Virus record (IMG/VR): IMGVR_UViG_3300032280_000787
Span: 1-50,342 of that record
Source: a virus
Taxonomy: Duplodnaviria; Caudoviricetes
Length of the DNA: 50,342 bases
Direction: 5' to 3' (one strand)
Shown here piece by piece: positions 28,984 through 38,418 of this stretch. The position numbers were made by a program, and so were the translations under genes. How positions within the stretch are numbered: position 1 is the first letter of the stretch; every line of letters starts with the position of its first letter. The notes beneath the pieces were generated by a model. It saw nothing but the letters and a program-made list of their open reading frames with translations, did no database searches and was not told the DNA's origin.

Positions 28984-29280
28984 ATGAAAATACTAGAAAA
29001 AATTAAAGCAAACTATTGGATCATCTTACTTTTCTTTATGCTTGTCATTTTTCTCAGACAGTGCGGGATAAGAAGAGACATCGATAGAATGGAAAAAAAT
29101 GTAAAGGCTGTAACAGAGAAAACTGATTCTATTCAGAACACTATCGTTACTCCAGAACAAGTCAGATATGAAATGAATCAGTCTATGTTCAACTTCTTGA
29201 TCTATGAGGACGATTTCGATAAGGGCAAAGCATCTTTATCTGATATAAAAAGTAGAATAAATACCGGTGAACAGAAATAA
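28984..29280 (+). CDS. Single-pass membrane protein with coiled coil (start moved to ATG 28984)
   Basis: MKILEKIKANYWIILLFFMLVIFLRQCG; the track start at 28933 lies in the terminator. Confidence 0.7.
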   Translation: MKILEKIKANYWIILLFFMLVIFLRQCGIRRDIDRMEKNVKAVTEKTDSIQNTIVTPEQVRYEMNQSMFNFLIYEDDFDKGKASLSDIKSRINTGEQK

Positions 29281-29902
29281 TTTAATACGTGGGTTTATTA
29301 TAACTACATTTGTTAGTTTATACCTGGTTGTATCCCTGATATCTACCATACACGTTATCGATTTCTTTAAATTATCAAATCCGGACTGGTTAGCTATATC
29401 TTTAGCAATCGCTTTCGAGATAGGCGCGGCAGCTTCACTTGCTAGTCTCATAGCATTAGACAGGATGAATAAAACCATGGTTTGGATCCTCTTTATTCTT
29501 CTTACTGGCATGCAAGCAATGGGAAACACTTACTATGCTTATACTCACTTAGAAAACTTCACATCTTGGGTAGAACTATTTGGACTAGTAGAGGAAGAAT
29601 TAATTTATCAGAAAAGGATACTTTCTATAATAAGTGGTGCTATACTTCCATTAGTAGCTCTTGGCTTTATTAAGTCGTTAGTAGATTACATTAAACCTCA
29701 GGAGTCAACAGGAGAACCCGTTGTCGAAGAGATAAATATAGAGATCCAGAAGGATGAACCTAGTGTGGCTGATGTTTCCGAATTTAATGGAAACGAATCT
29801 ACTAAAGAATCCGGTGAAATTTCAGATTTAGAATCCCAAATGGGATCAGAATCTAAAGCTAGAAAGGATGTAATATATGAAGATCCAAGCAGATTAAAAT
29901 AA
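29267..29902 (+). CDS. Multi-pass (about 4 TM) membrane protein with acidic tail
   Basis: Four hydrophobic segments; overlaps the upstream gene. Confidence 0.75.
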   Translation: MNRNNLIRGFIITTFVSLYLVVSLISTIHVIDFFKLSNPDWLAISLAIAFEIGAAASLASLIALDRMNKTMVWILFILLTGMQAMGNTYYAYTHLENFTSWVELFGLVEEELIYQKRILSIISGAILPLVALGFIKSLVDYIKPQESTGEPVVEEINIEIQKDEPSVADVSEFNGNESTKESGEISDLESQMGSESKARKDVIYEDPSRLK

Positions 29903-29911
29903 TAAAACAAG

Positions 29912-30580
29912 TTGGCAGATAACCAAAATAATGATTTTTACGGAGGAAGTGCTTCAGAAATTGGATCCGAGCTTTTCGCTGGTGGTAGTGCAGCATATCC
30001 TTTAGATCCTCTTGGTGGATCAACCGGAGGATTTGAAACTAGATATACCAATATAGCTCAGATAACTCAGGATTTAGAAAGGGTAGAAGCAACTTTCAAG
30101 AGATTCAATGATCCTACTGAGGTAAAGTTCATAAAGGAATCTTTTAGAGTTATCCAGCAATCACAGACACTCAACTATTTAGATTTGGTAGACTTCTTCC
30201 ATCCTCTACAGGATTTTTCTGAATTTCAGAAAGTCTCCATGGTTATCGGTCCTAGGTCTTCTGCAAATCTTGATCCCGGATCTTTTTATGGAACAACCGG
30301 GGAGGTTTCTATGTTAATAGCCAGGGCTTTTTATTTACCGGAAACAACCGAGGACGAGAAAATTCTTTTCTGGGATTATAAAGCAAACGAGAGAAACATA
30401 ATGGGAGAATTTATGGTTCTTACCGGAGCAGTTAAGGACGGATCTCAATGGAGAGGATGGGATGTTGATCCCTTTTCAACATATGGGCATACAGGTAACG
30501 CTAACAGCTCTAATGGTGGATTTATATTCACTAATCCGACTGACTATAATGTCAAGTTAACAGTAATAGTAGCAAACTAA
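29912..30580 (+). CDS. Hypothetical (probably virion) protein, paralog A
   Basis: MGEFMVLTG...W...GGFIFTNP shared with the next gene. Confidence 0.75.
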   Translation: MADNQNNDFYGGSASEIGSELFAGGSAAYPLDPLGGSTGGFETRYTNIAQITQDLERVEATFKRFNDPTEVKFIKESFRVIQQSQTLNYLDLVDFFHPLQDFSEFQKVSMVIGPRSSANLDPGSFYGTTGEVSMLIARAFYLPETTEDEKILFWDYKANERNIMGEFMVLTGAVKDGSQWRGWDVDPFSTYGHTGNANSSNGGFIFTNPTDYNVKLTVIVAN

Positions 30581-30581
30581 A

Positions 30582-31067
30582 ATGGCAACACAACCGATAA
30601 CATGTCCATATGATGTACTTGAAGGATTTAGATTCTATAGAGGAAATCTAGTATTGGATACCGGAGGGACAAATAATCCTCAAAAATATTTGAGCATGTC
30701 CGATCTAGAACTTGTTGTTCAGGATTTTGCTAGAAATAGAGCAATCGTTAATGAATCTTCTTGCTATCTATTAAGCCAGCCAGATGTTGCAGATCAGTAC
30801 GGATTTGTTTCTTTTATTGCGGTAAAAGCAATTTTCCCAGCTAATACAGTAGAATCTAAAAAATATTTGACCTGGACATATCAAGGACAAACCTATTATA
30901 TGGGAGAACTCATGGTATTAAGCGGAAAGAGAATATCTACTGTTGATGCCGGTTATGAGGGATGGAACTTAAGTAAGCCTGGTACAACCCAGCAAGACGG
31001 TGGAATTACCTTCTGCAATCCACACACCGATATAAAAATAAGATTAGAGATGCTAATCGGACACTAA
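30582..31067 (+). CDS. Hypothetical (probably virion) protein, paralog B
   Basis: MGELMVLSG...W...GGITFCNP. Confidence 0.75.
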   Translation: MATQPITCPYDVLEGFRFYRGNLVLDTGGTNNPQKYLSMSDLELVVQDFARNRAIVNESSCYLLSQPDVADQYGFVSFIAVKAIFPANTVESKKYLTWTYQGQTYYMGELMVLSGKRISTVDAGYEGWNLSKPGTTQQDGGITFCNPHTDIKIRLEMLIGH

Positions 31068-31083
31068 AATCCGTATCGGATTA

Positions 31084-31124
31084 AATATATACTGTAAAAG
31101 TTTTGTATTCGGTTTGGATATATA
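31084..31124 (+). promoter_or_regulatory. Tandem putative late promoters
   Basis: AATATATA 31084-31091 and GATATATA 31117-31124 before ATG 31146. Confidence 0.6.
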
Positions 31125-31145
31125 ATTTGAAAAAAAAATTTAACT

Positions 31146-33347
31146 ATGGAATTCGTAAACCAGGTAAAAAAGCTAAAAGACACAACAAAATCTGCTGAAG
31201 TCAAAGCTCTTTGTGAAAACTTCCTTAATGGTGGATCTGTTTCTAAGGAGCAATTGATGGAATCTCTAGATAACCACAATATATCTAATGAAAGCGTAAG
31301 CAACGTTCAGAGCCACGTAAATGCTATTAGAAATGAAGAGATGGAAGCTTCTAAAAAGGCAGCACAATTTCTTATGGAATCTTGGAATAGCTCAAACAGA
31401 GGATCATCATTAGGAAACTCAGGATCGTATAACTCATTAAATGAATCATCTGATAAAAACTCAGGAAGTGAATTTTTAGGAGATCTAGAAAAAATGAGTT
31501 CTTTGGATAAATCATCTCAGGAGTTTTTAAAATCTAACTCGGTTAATAATCTGGGTGTATTGGAATCTATCGATTCTATAAAATCATCATCGATTTATAC
31601 CTATCCTAAGGCTAGAATTATCTGTGAGCAATATCATAATCTCATATCTAATAAAAGAGTGCCTGAATTTGCACTAGTTCATAATTTCATTAATGATATT
31701 CAAGCTTTAAACTGGGATGATACAGTTAAAACTGTTTCACAGAATCTCCAGGAAAAAGCAGAAACATTATCTAGAGAGATCGAGGTATCTAAAGTTCTAG
31801 AAGCTATTAAAAATACTGGTAGCTCTGCTTTCTATTCAGAACTTAGTGATGTACTTAATGAATGGTTAGTTTCAGAGAATAAATCTAATGCTTTATTGGT
31901 TAAGAATGTATCTAAATGGTCATTTAATCCGATCGTTAGAAATCTAATCAATTTTATAAACGTAAACGAGAATACTGATTCTAGAAAATTAGAAATTCCT
32001 GAGGTATCCCAAGGAGAATCCTCAGTATCTAGAGTTTTCTCTCCTGTTATGTTAGGTAGTCATAAATCTATCTTCTACTTAGGTGGAGGTGTTTTTGAAA
32101 CTAATTCTGCAGATATTAAGAAGCTATCAGGAAAAGAAGTTCAAGGTCTTTCTTCCGATTATCTTTACCTAATCGAATCTTTCAACAGACCTTACGTTAA
32201 AGTTAACGAAAATGGTATTTTTGTTCAATTGGGTAAGAGCATCGTTACAATCATAGAAGAAGGAGAAGAAACAGCGGTTTATTTAGGAAAAAGAAAACTT
32301 AAGTTTAGCGACCCTTCTGGACTTGCTAAAATATTAGGTCTAGAATCAGCTACATACTTCGGAGTTAATGAAACACAAGTGGTTTCAGATATCATGAGAC
32401 TTTATACCAATTACCAAAATATAGTTGAACTTGATTTTGCTAAGAGCATAACATCTAACGTATTTGAAGGTTTATCTATAAATCTAGTAAAATGGAACAA
32501 TCAGATCTATTTACAAAAGATTAACCAGGGAATGAATGAGAATTCAGTTTACAAGGTTACTGGAAATCAGGCAGTATCAATGGTTAAAGAATTTATGAGA
32601 TATGATATCTCTGAGGGATTAACTGAATTCTTAGTTGGAGAAAACAAGGTTAAATCCATCATGATCAACGATAGAAATAAGGTTATAGAAAATATTTCTA
32701 AGATCGAAGAACAAATAAACAAGATTGACAATCTAATGTCAACAAATCCTTTATATTCTGCTTCTTCTGAAGTGATGTCTGCTAAGAAATTGCTAGAGAA
32801 TGAATTGAATGTTCTTAGAGAAAAATGGAATCAGATTAACTTGGAAATAGCTTCTAGTGAGTCAACTATTGAGTTAGAAAGATCTTTGGAAGTTTTTGAA
32901 GATGAAAAATTTAACATTGGTGATTTCATCAAAGTTAAAGAATCAGGTGATACCGGAAAAATAATCTCCATCGATGCTACTTCAGGAAGATACACTGTAT
33001 TGTTAGATACAGGTAAAACTTCCGATTTCCTAATTAATGAGATTACAGATTTAGAAGAGGCTCTTAGCCAAGCAGCTGAGGATAATGCTAATTCTTCTGA
33101 AGAAGACGATTCGGAAGAAGAAGTTAAAGAGAATTTCGACATTCTTAGCGGCAATGGAAATAAGCTCAATAAATCTGAAATGCCTATAGAGGATCAGAAA
33201 AAATTACTCGATAATTTTGCAAAAGGACATGGTTTTTCTAATGCCCCTGGAAAGAATAAAGATGTTATTGATATGAAAATGGATGCTCTTCATGGATACA
33301 ACTCTACAATGAATGAGGAGGAAGAGGCTTCAAAAAAAAAAGCTTAA
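31146..33347 (+). CDS. Large hypothetical protein, probably a head core/internal protein; coiled coil and SH3/KOW-like segment
   Basis: Many L/M-x-E sites (LMES, LNES, VLES, MNE); FNIGDFIKVKESGDTGKIISID; late promoter motifs. Confidence 0.65.
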   Translation: MEFVNQVKKLKDTTKSAEVKALCENFLNGGSVSKEQLMESLDNHNISNESVSNVQSHVNAIRNEEMEASKKAAQFLMESWNSSNRGSSLGNSGSYNSLNESSDKNSGSEFLGDLEKMSSLDKSSQEFLKSNSVNNLGVLESIDSIKSSSIYTYPKARIICEQYHNLISNKRVPEFALVHNFINDIQALNWDDTVKTVSQNLQEKAETLSREIEVSKVLEAIKNTGSSAFYSELSDVLNEWLVSENKSNALLVKNVSKWSFNPIVRNLINFINVNENTDSRKLEIPEVSQGESSVSRVFSPVMLGSHKSIFYLGGGVFETNSADIKKLSGKEVQGLSSDYLYLIESFNRPYVKVNENGIFVQLGKSIVTIIEEGEETAVYLGKRKLKFSDPSGLAKILGLESATYFGVNETQVVSDIMRLYTNYQNIVELDFAKSITSNVFEGLSINLVKWNNQIYLQKINQGMNENSVYKVTGNQAVSMVKEFMRYDISEGLTEFLVGENKVKSIMINDRNKVIENISKIEEQINKIDNLMSTNPLYSASSEVMSAKKLLENELNVLREKWNQINLEIASSESTIELERSLEVFEDEKFNIGDFIKVKESGDTGKIISIDATSGRYTVLLDTGKTSDFLINEITDLEEALSQAAEDNANSSEEDDSEEEVKENFDILSGNGNKLNKSEMPIEDQKKLLDNFAKGHGFSNAPGKNKDVIDMKMDALHGYNSTMNEEEEASKKKA

Positions 33348-33496
33348 GTCGTAATTTCTACTTCGCTCCTAAATTCGATAGTCAGAATAAACCAGGCGAT
33401 AAATTCATACAATCTTCGGAGGGTAAATTAAGTAAAGCCCCTACAGGTAAAACAGTAACCGATGAAGAAGAAGAAGAAGGATCGGAGAAAGAATAA
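33332..33496 (+). other. Candidate -1 frameshift/slippage site (A10) with a 51-codon alternative C-terminus
   Basis: A10 at 33332-33341; -1 frame open from 33341 to TAA 33494-33496. Confidence 0.55.
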
Positions 33497-33512
33497 AAAT
33501 AAAAAATTGATT

Positions 33513-33546
33513 GAATGTAGCTCAAATAGGGCTACATTCTTTTTTT
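33513..33546 (+). terminator. Intrinsic terminator
   Basis: GAATGTAGCTC-aaata-GGGCTACATTC followed by T7. Confidence 0.85.
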
Positions 33547-33574
33547 GAAATTTTTTCTATTTCCTGTAGTAGAA
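33547..33574 (+). promoter_or_regulatory. Putative middle promoter for the late sigma gene (GAAAT-N18-TAGAA)
   Basis: Same spacing as the GAAAC-N18-TANAA sites, one mismatch; immediately after a terminator. Confidence 0.5.
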
Positions 33575-33612
33575 TAGCATAACAAACAAACAAACAAAAT
33601 TAATAAAATTTA

Positions 33613-33972
33613 ATGGCTAAAGACTATGTAAAAAACAGTGAATTGTTAGCTGCTGTAGTTGAATCTAAACAGAAGGGACATCTAACTCCAGAAACGATTG
33701 ATATGTTCAATCTTATGATACAGGGTATATCTAAAAAAATGTCGTATAAGGATCCTGAAGATAAGGAAGATTGCATGGCATTTGCCATGGAGGATCTTTG
33801 TAAGTATTGGAATAGATTTAATCCTGAAAAATCTAATAATCCCTTTGCTTATTTCACACAAATAGCTAAGAATGGATTCGCTAAAGGATGGAAAAAAATA
33901 CACCCTCCAAAAAGTCCAAGAACTATTCCTTTCAGCTATATTACTGGAGAGGATAACACTTATAACGTATAA
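33613..33972 (+). CDS. gp55: Late-transcription sigma factor (T4 gp55-like), 119 aa
   Basis: YVKNSELL, YKDPEDKEDC, FNPEKSNNPFAYFTQI. Confidence 0.85.
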   Translation: MAKDYVKNSELLAAVVESKQKGHLTPETIDMFNLMIQGISKKMSYKDPEDKEDCMAFAMEDLCKYWNRFNPEKSNNPFAYFTQIAKNGFAKGWKKIHPPKSPRTIPFSYITGEDNTYNV

Positions 33973-33980
33973 TTTCTGGT

Positions 33981-34466
33981 ATGGTTGATATCAAGAAAGT
34001 AAAGCCTAATGGCGAATATCGGTCTGGAAAATATGAACCTAGAAATCCCGATAAGTATATCGGGGATATCCACAACATTATATACAGATCTTCTTGGGAG
34101 TATAGATTTTGCACATACTGCGATACTAACGAATCTATATTGAAATGGAGTTCCGAGCCGGTTTCGATTGACTATTATAATCCTTTAGATAAGAAAGACC
34201 ATAAATATAATGTTGATTTCTACATAAAGGTTCTAAAAGAAAGCGGAGAAGAGCAAGAATGGATCATCGAGATAAAACCAGAGAATCAAACAAAAAAGCC
34301 TATATATGAAGGAGTGAACACCCTAAGTAAGCTGAAATCATATAACAGGAATATGCAGATATGGATAACAAATCAGGCAAAATTCAAGGCAGCTAAAGAA
34401 TGGGCATCTAAAAGAGGATTTAAATTTGGTGTTATTGACGAGAATTTTCTTTTTAAGAGTAAATGA
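33981..34466 (+). CDS. gp4: Head completion nuclease (T4 gp4-like, TnsA-type fold)
   Basis: PRNPDKYIGD, YRSSWE, WSSEP, YNVDF, IEIKP, NQAKFKAA. Confidence 0.9.
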   Translation: MVDIKKVKPNGEYRSGKYEPRNPDKYIGDIHNIIYRSSWEYRFCTYCDTNESILKWSSEPVSIDYYNPLDKKDHKYNVDFYIKVLKESGEEQEWIIEIKPENQTKKPIYEGVNTLSKLKSYNRNMQIWITNQAKFKAAKEWASKRGFKFGVIDENFLFKSK

Positions 34467-35065
34467 GTTTTAAAGATAGTTCTATTGAATATAGGGACAA
34501 TGTTGGTTCTTCCGGTAACGTTTTTAAAGAGACGGATAGCTACTTTGTGAATGGTTACTTCAAAAACGACAAGAGTTTTTTGAAACCTCCCATTTCAATA
34601 ATTCCTGGAAGAATCTATTTTTTTAATTATTCCACTGATTCTAAAATTGATAAGGCCCGTAAATTTATAAATAGATTTCCTGTAGTTTTGTGTACTGATT
34701 TTTTCGAATCGGGGGGATTCAAAATATTAAAGGGTATAGATATTGTGACTACCCCAATGAGATATAGAATGGAAATTTTATCCAGAATATATGATAACTT
34801 TAACCAAACCATCATATCTAATGACATAGCAGAATCGGACGGTGGTAATATATCACCATTAAATTTAAAAGATTTGGAGCTGGATAAGATATTAAGAGGA
34901 ACTGGATATAAGACATCCCTTTTTGGTTTTAAAACGAATTTTATGAAGAATATAGGATCAATTAAAAGTAAAGATTGGATAAAACTTCCGTATTTGAGTG
35001 TTAATCTGGTCGAGGGGTTAAATATATCGGGGATATATAGTGAATATGAATCGAAATTAAAATAA
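34463..35065 (+). CDS. DNA end protector-like protein (T4 gp2-like)
   Basis: PGRIYFFNY...FINRFPVV pattern; coupled to gp4. Confidence 0.55.
   Translation: MSFKDSSIEYRDNVGSSGNVFKETDSYFVNGYFKNDKSFLKPPISIIPGRIYFFNYSTDSKIDKARKFINRFPVVLCTDFFESGGFKILKGIDIVTTPMRYRMEILSRIYDNFNQTIISNDIAESDGGNISPLNLKDLELDKILRGTGYKTSLFGFKTNFMKNIGSIKSKDWIKLPYLSVNLVEGLNISGIYSEYESKLK
35032..35039 (+). promoter_or_regulatory. Putative late promoter for the portal genes
   Basis: GATATATA within the 3' end of the upstream gene, 47 nt before ATG 35087. Confidence 0.5.
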
Positions 35066-35086
35066 CATTTCGATCTAGAATTAAAA

Positions 35087-36745
35087 ATGGCTGGATTCGT
35101 CGAAAATAATAATCCCGGACAAACCCCTGTTATTCAGAGGATCCGGGATTCCGTAAGAAAATTGAGTACCTTCGGTATGAAGTACGATGACATGGTCATC
35201 CGTAACTCACAAGCTGTTGGTGTAACCGAAGCTTCTTTTTTAAATAAGAATAAATCGAATGTTGAGGACGAGAGCATGCTCTGGACCTTAGCTAAGCAGG
35301 ATATCTCATCGAAGCAGTTCATAGGATATTTTGATAAGGATTATAAAGGTAAGAGAGATTACTTAAGAAAATTCTCTCTAAATCCAGAAATAGAATGGGT
35401 TCTGGATACAATATGTGACGAAGCAATTTCGTATGATCCGTCCAATTTTTTTGCCTATCCCGATTTTATAGATCTTAGCGACATCAACGAAAAGCTAAAG
35501 GATGACCTATATGAGACGTTTAAAAGGCTATATGATATCTGGGGATTTTCTGATGATATTACTGCATGGCAATATTTTAGGCAGTTTATAGTTGATGGAT
35601 TTCTTGCTTTTGAAATAATTTACGACGACAAGGGAAAGGAAATAGTTGGATTTAAGGAACTAGATCCAATATCTTTAGTTCCCAGTGTGGAAAAACAAAT
35701 AGATGGATCTTTCATTAATACTTGGACACAATATCCACAGGATCCTAAAAAGAAAAGAGTTCTTTACGATCCTCAGATAATATACATTTCTTATGCTAAG
35801 GGTAATGCAGTATCGAGAGTAAGCTACATAGAAAGACTAATAAGACCATACAACATTCTTAGAATCATAGAATACACTAGAGTTATATGGTCAGTAATGA
35901 ACGCGTCATTTAAATTAAAAATGACAGTTCCTATTGGATCTAAATCTCCTCAAAAGGGTATGCAAACTTTAGGTGAGCTAATGAGCATTTATAAGGAGGA
36001 CATTCAACTAAACGACGAGAGCGGTGAATTAAGTATAGATGGAAGGCCTAAGATTCAGTTCTATAAGAATTATCTTATGCCTTCTGGTGTTAATGGAACA
36101 CCTACTATAGAACCAATAACTACAGATGGTCCCAATCTTAATGATCCTGCACCTTTAGCTTACTTTTTTGATAAATTTATATTGGAATCTAAGGTTCCGC
36201 CATCGAGATTTCATAATCCCGACGGCGGAACAACTTCACCATATTCTAATGGAGCGGAAGGACTAGATAAGGAGGAGATAAGATTTGCTAAATTCATTTC
36301 CAGATTAAGATCAATATTCCAAGAGATTATTACAAAACCTCTATGGATCCAGATGGTAAAAAAATACCCTAGACTCGAAGACGATTTCATGTTTAAGAGT
36401 CAATTGGGACTTGATTATTTCTCAGATAACCCATTCAAATTAAACCAGGAAATTGATATAATAAACAAAAGGAAAGAAACTGTATCTGCTTTGGGTGGAA
36501 TAGTAGGTGACGAAGATAAACCGTTTTTCTCTAATGCTTTCTTAATTGAGACCTTCCTTGGAATTTCTAAGCAAGACATTGATGCAAATAAAGAGGCATT
36601 AAAAAGGAAAGAGAAAGAGAAGAAAGAAAAGGAAAAAGAGGGAGAAGCTGGAGGTGAAGAGGGTGCTGAAGCCCCTGCAGAAACGGAAGCTCCTGCAGAG
36701 ACAGAAACCGAAGCTCCTGCAGAAGAAACACCACCTGCAACTTAA
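35087..36745 (+). CDS. gp20: Portal protein, paralog 1 (T4 gp20-like)
   Basis: PEIEWVLDTICDE, FRQFIVDG, ELDP, SYIERLIRPYNILRIIE, SKVPPSR, EEIRFAKFISRLRSIF. Confidence 0.9.
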   Translation: MAGFVENNNPGQTPVIQRIRDSVRKLSTFGMKYDDMVIRNSQAVGVTEASFLNKNKSNVEDESMLWTLAKQDISSKQFIGYFDKDYKGKRDYLRKFSLNPEIEWVLDTICDEAISYDPSNFFAYPDFIDLSDINEKLKDDLYETFKRLYDIWGFSDDITAWQYFRQFIVDGFLAFEIIYDDKGKEIVGFKELDPISLVPSVEKQIDGSFINTWTQYPQDPKKKRVLYDPQIIYISYAKGNAVSRVSYIERLIRPYNILRIIEYTRVIWSVMNASFKLKMTVPIGSKSPQKGMQTLGELMSIYKEDIQLNDESGELSIDGRPKIQFYKNYLMPSGVNGTPTIEPITTDGPNLNDPAPLAYFFDKFILESKVPPSRFHNPDGGTTSPYSNGAEGLDKEEIRFAKFISRLRSIFQEIITKPLWIQMVKKYPRLEDDFMFKSQLGLDYFSDNPFKLNQEIDIINKRKETVSALGGIVGDEDKPFFSNAFLIETFLGISKQDIDANKEALKRKEKEKKEKEKEGEAGGEEGAEAPAETEAPAETETEAPAEETPPAT

Positions 36746-36768
36746 AGAGAATACAAATATTATAGCTA

Positions 36769-38373
36769 ATGGCAGGATTTTTAGATTTTTTAAAACCAAA
36801 TCAATCAGCTTTAGGTAATATCCTGAAGAACCTTTCCAATGTTGCAAAATTTGGAATGCAGTACGATGATATGGTTGTACGAAATTCCCAAGCTATTGGT
36901 AAAACCGAGGGATATTTTTTTAACCAAGAAAGCACAGGGTTTACCCAGAATGATGCTTTCCAATGGACTGCTTCATACCAGGATACGAAGGTAAGAAAAT
37001 ATATTGCTTACTTTGATAAGGATTATATTGAGAAAAGAAATTACTTAAGAAAATTTTCTCTTAATGGTGAGATTGAATTCATATTGGATACTATAACAGA
37101 TGAATCCATAGTTTATGACGACCGCAATTATTTTGCACAGCCAGCCTTTGTTAATCTAGATCTAAAAGATAAAATAAAAGATAAACTTGCATCCCACTAT
37201 AATAGGATCTATAATGTTTTCGGATTTCAGAATACTATCCTAGCATGGCAATATTTTAAACAGTTCCTAATTGATGGATTCCTAGCTTTCGAGATAATTT
37301 ATGATAGCAAAGGAAAGGAAATAATTGGATTTAAAGAGCTTGATGCAACCTCTCTCCAACCTGTTGTAGAAAAGGTTGGAGAGAATGAATATAGACAATT
37401 CTGGATACAATACCCCAAGAATCCACAGATGACCAGAAAGCTAACTAATGAGCAGGTTATCTACATATCATATGCAAAGGGTAACACCATTTCTAGGGTT
37501 AGCTATATAGAAAGACTGGTTAGATCCTATAATATTTTAAGGATAATGGAAAATTCCAGAGTAATCTGGAATGTTATGAATGCTTCATATCGACTTAAAT
37601 TCATTATTCCGATTGGTAGCCAATCTCCTCAAAAAGCGATGCAAACTTTGGGACAGTTAATGTCCAACTACAAAGAGGACATTTCTATTAATGATTCTTC
37701 TGGTGAATTAACAATAAACGGAAGACCTAAAGTACAATTTTATAAGAACTATCTTTTCCCAGAAAAGGATGGACAAAGCCCGGATATATCTTCGCTTAAC
37801 TCAGCAGGTCCTGACTTTAATGTGATGGAAAATGTCGTTTATTTTTTCAATAAGCTAAAAATGGACTCCAAGATTCCTTATGCTAGATTTGCTTCTAAAA
37901 ATACAACCCCTGGTAACTACCAAACAAGTATAGATCAGTTAGAGAGAGATGAAATAAGATTCGAGAAGTTTTTAAGAAGATTAAGATCAATATTTCAAGA
38001 GATCCTTGTTAAACCCCTTTACATACAGATGTGTCTAGAATATCCTGAATTATCTAGGGACAAAGGATTTAAAGCAAATATCGGGTTAAACTACAATAGA
38101 GATAGTGAGTTCGAAGAAATGGTAGAACTCGCAGGATTCAGTAAAAGAACGGAATTCATAAACGGTTTAAGAGAGCTCAAAGTAAAAATTGGTGAGGAGG
38201 AGAAAGGCTATTTCGATCCTGATTTCCTAATTCAGAGATTTCTTGGAATGAATCCTGATCAAATAAAAATGAATCAGAAGTACAAAGAAAGAGAAGAAAA
38301 GGAAGCAGAAAAAGCTAAAGAAGAAGGTGGAGAAAAAGAAGGAGAAGAAGGTGGACAAACAGTTACTCTTTAA
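36769..38373 (+). CDS. gp20: Portal protein, paralog 2 (T4 gp20-like)
   Basis: Same motif series: FKQFLIDG, SYIERLVRSYNILRIME, SKIPYAR, RDEIRFEKFLRRLRSIF. Confidence 0.9.
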   Translation: MAGFLDFLKPNQSALGNILKNLSNVAKFGMQYDDMVVRNSQAIGKTEGYFFNQESTGFTQNDAFQWTASYQDTKVRKYIAYFDKDYIEKRNYLRKFSLNGEIEFILDTITDESIVYDDRNYFAQPAFVNLDLKDKIKDKLASHYNRIYNVFGFQNTILAWQYFKQFLIDGFLAFEIIYDSKGKEIIGFKELDATSLQPVVEKVGENEYRQFWIQYPKNPQMTRKLTNEQVIYISYAKGNTISRVSYIERLVRSYNILRIMENSRVIWNVMNASYRLKFIIPIGSQSPQKAMQTLGQLMSNYKEDISINDSSGELTINGRPKVQFYKNYLFPEKDGQSPDISSLNSAGPDFNVMENVVYFFNKLKMDSKIPYARFASKNTTPGNYQTSIDQLERDEIRFEKFLRRLRSIFQEILVKPLYIQMCLEYPELSRDKGFKANIGLNYNRDSEFEEMVELAGFSKRTEFINGLRELKVKIGEEEKGYFDPDFLIQRFLGMNPDQIKMNQKYKEREEKEAEKAKEEGGEKEGEEGGQTVTL

Positions 38374-38405
38374 TTTTTTATTTCCGGGAGTTTTTGGTAT
38401 TTTTA
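38374..38405 (+). promoter_or_regulatory. Putative early promoter (T-tract ... TATTTTTA)
   Basis: Same 24-nt offset as 25770-25801; one mismatch to TAnnTTTG. Confidence 0.4.
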
Positions 38406-38418
38406 GGAAAAAATATTA

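Noticed and set aside
33348-33612. tRNA or structured ncRNA in this gap
   Set aside because: No cloverleaf or T-loop motif; explained by the -1 frame extension, terminator and promoter. No tRNA or rRNA was recognised anywhere in the window
33981-34466. TnsA-like nuclease as a Tn7 transposon or homing endonuclease
   Set aside because: Matches T4 gp4 head completion protein in motif and context; no TnsB/TnsC or element ends
35087-38373. Portal duplication as an assembly artefact or split gene
   Set aside because: Both copies are full length and differ throughout in DNA and protein sequence
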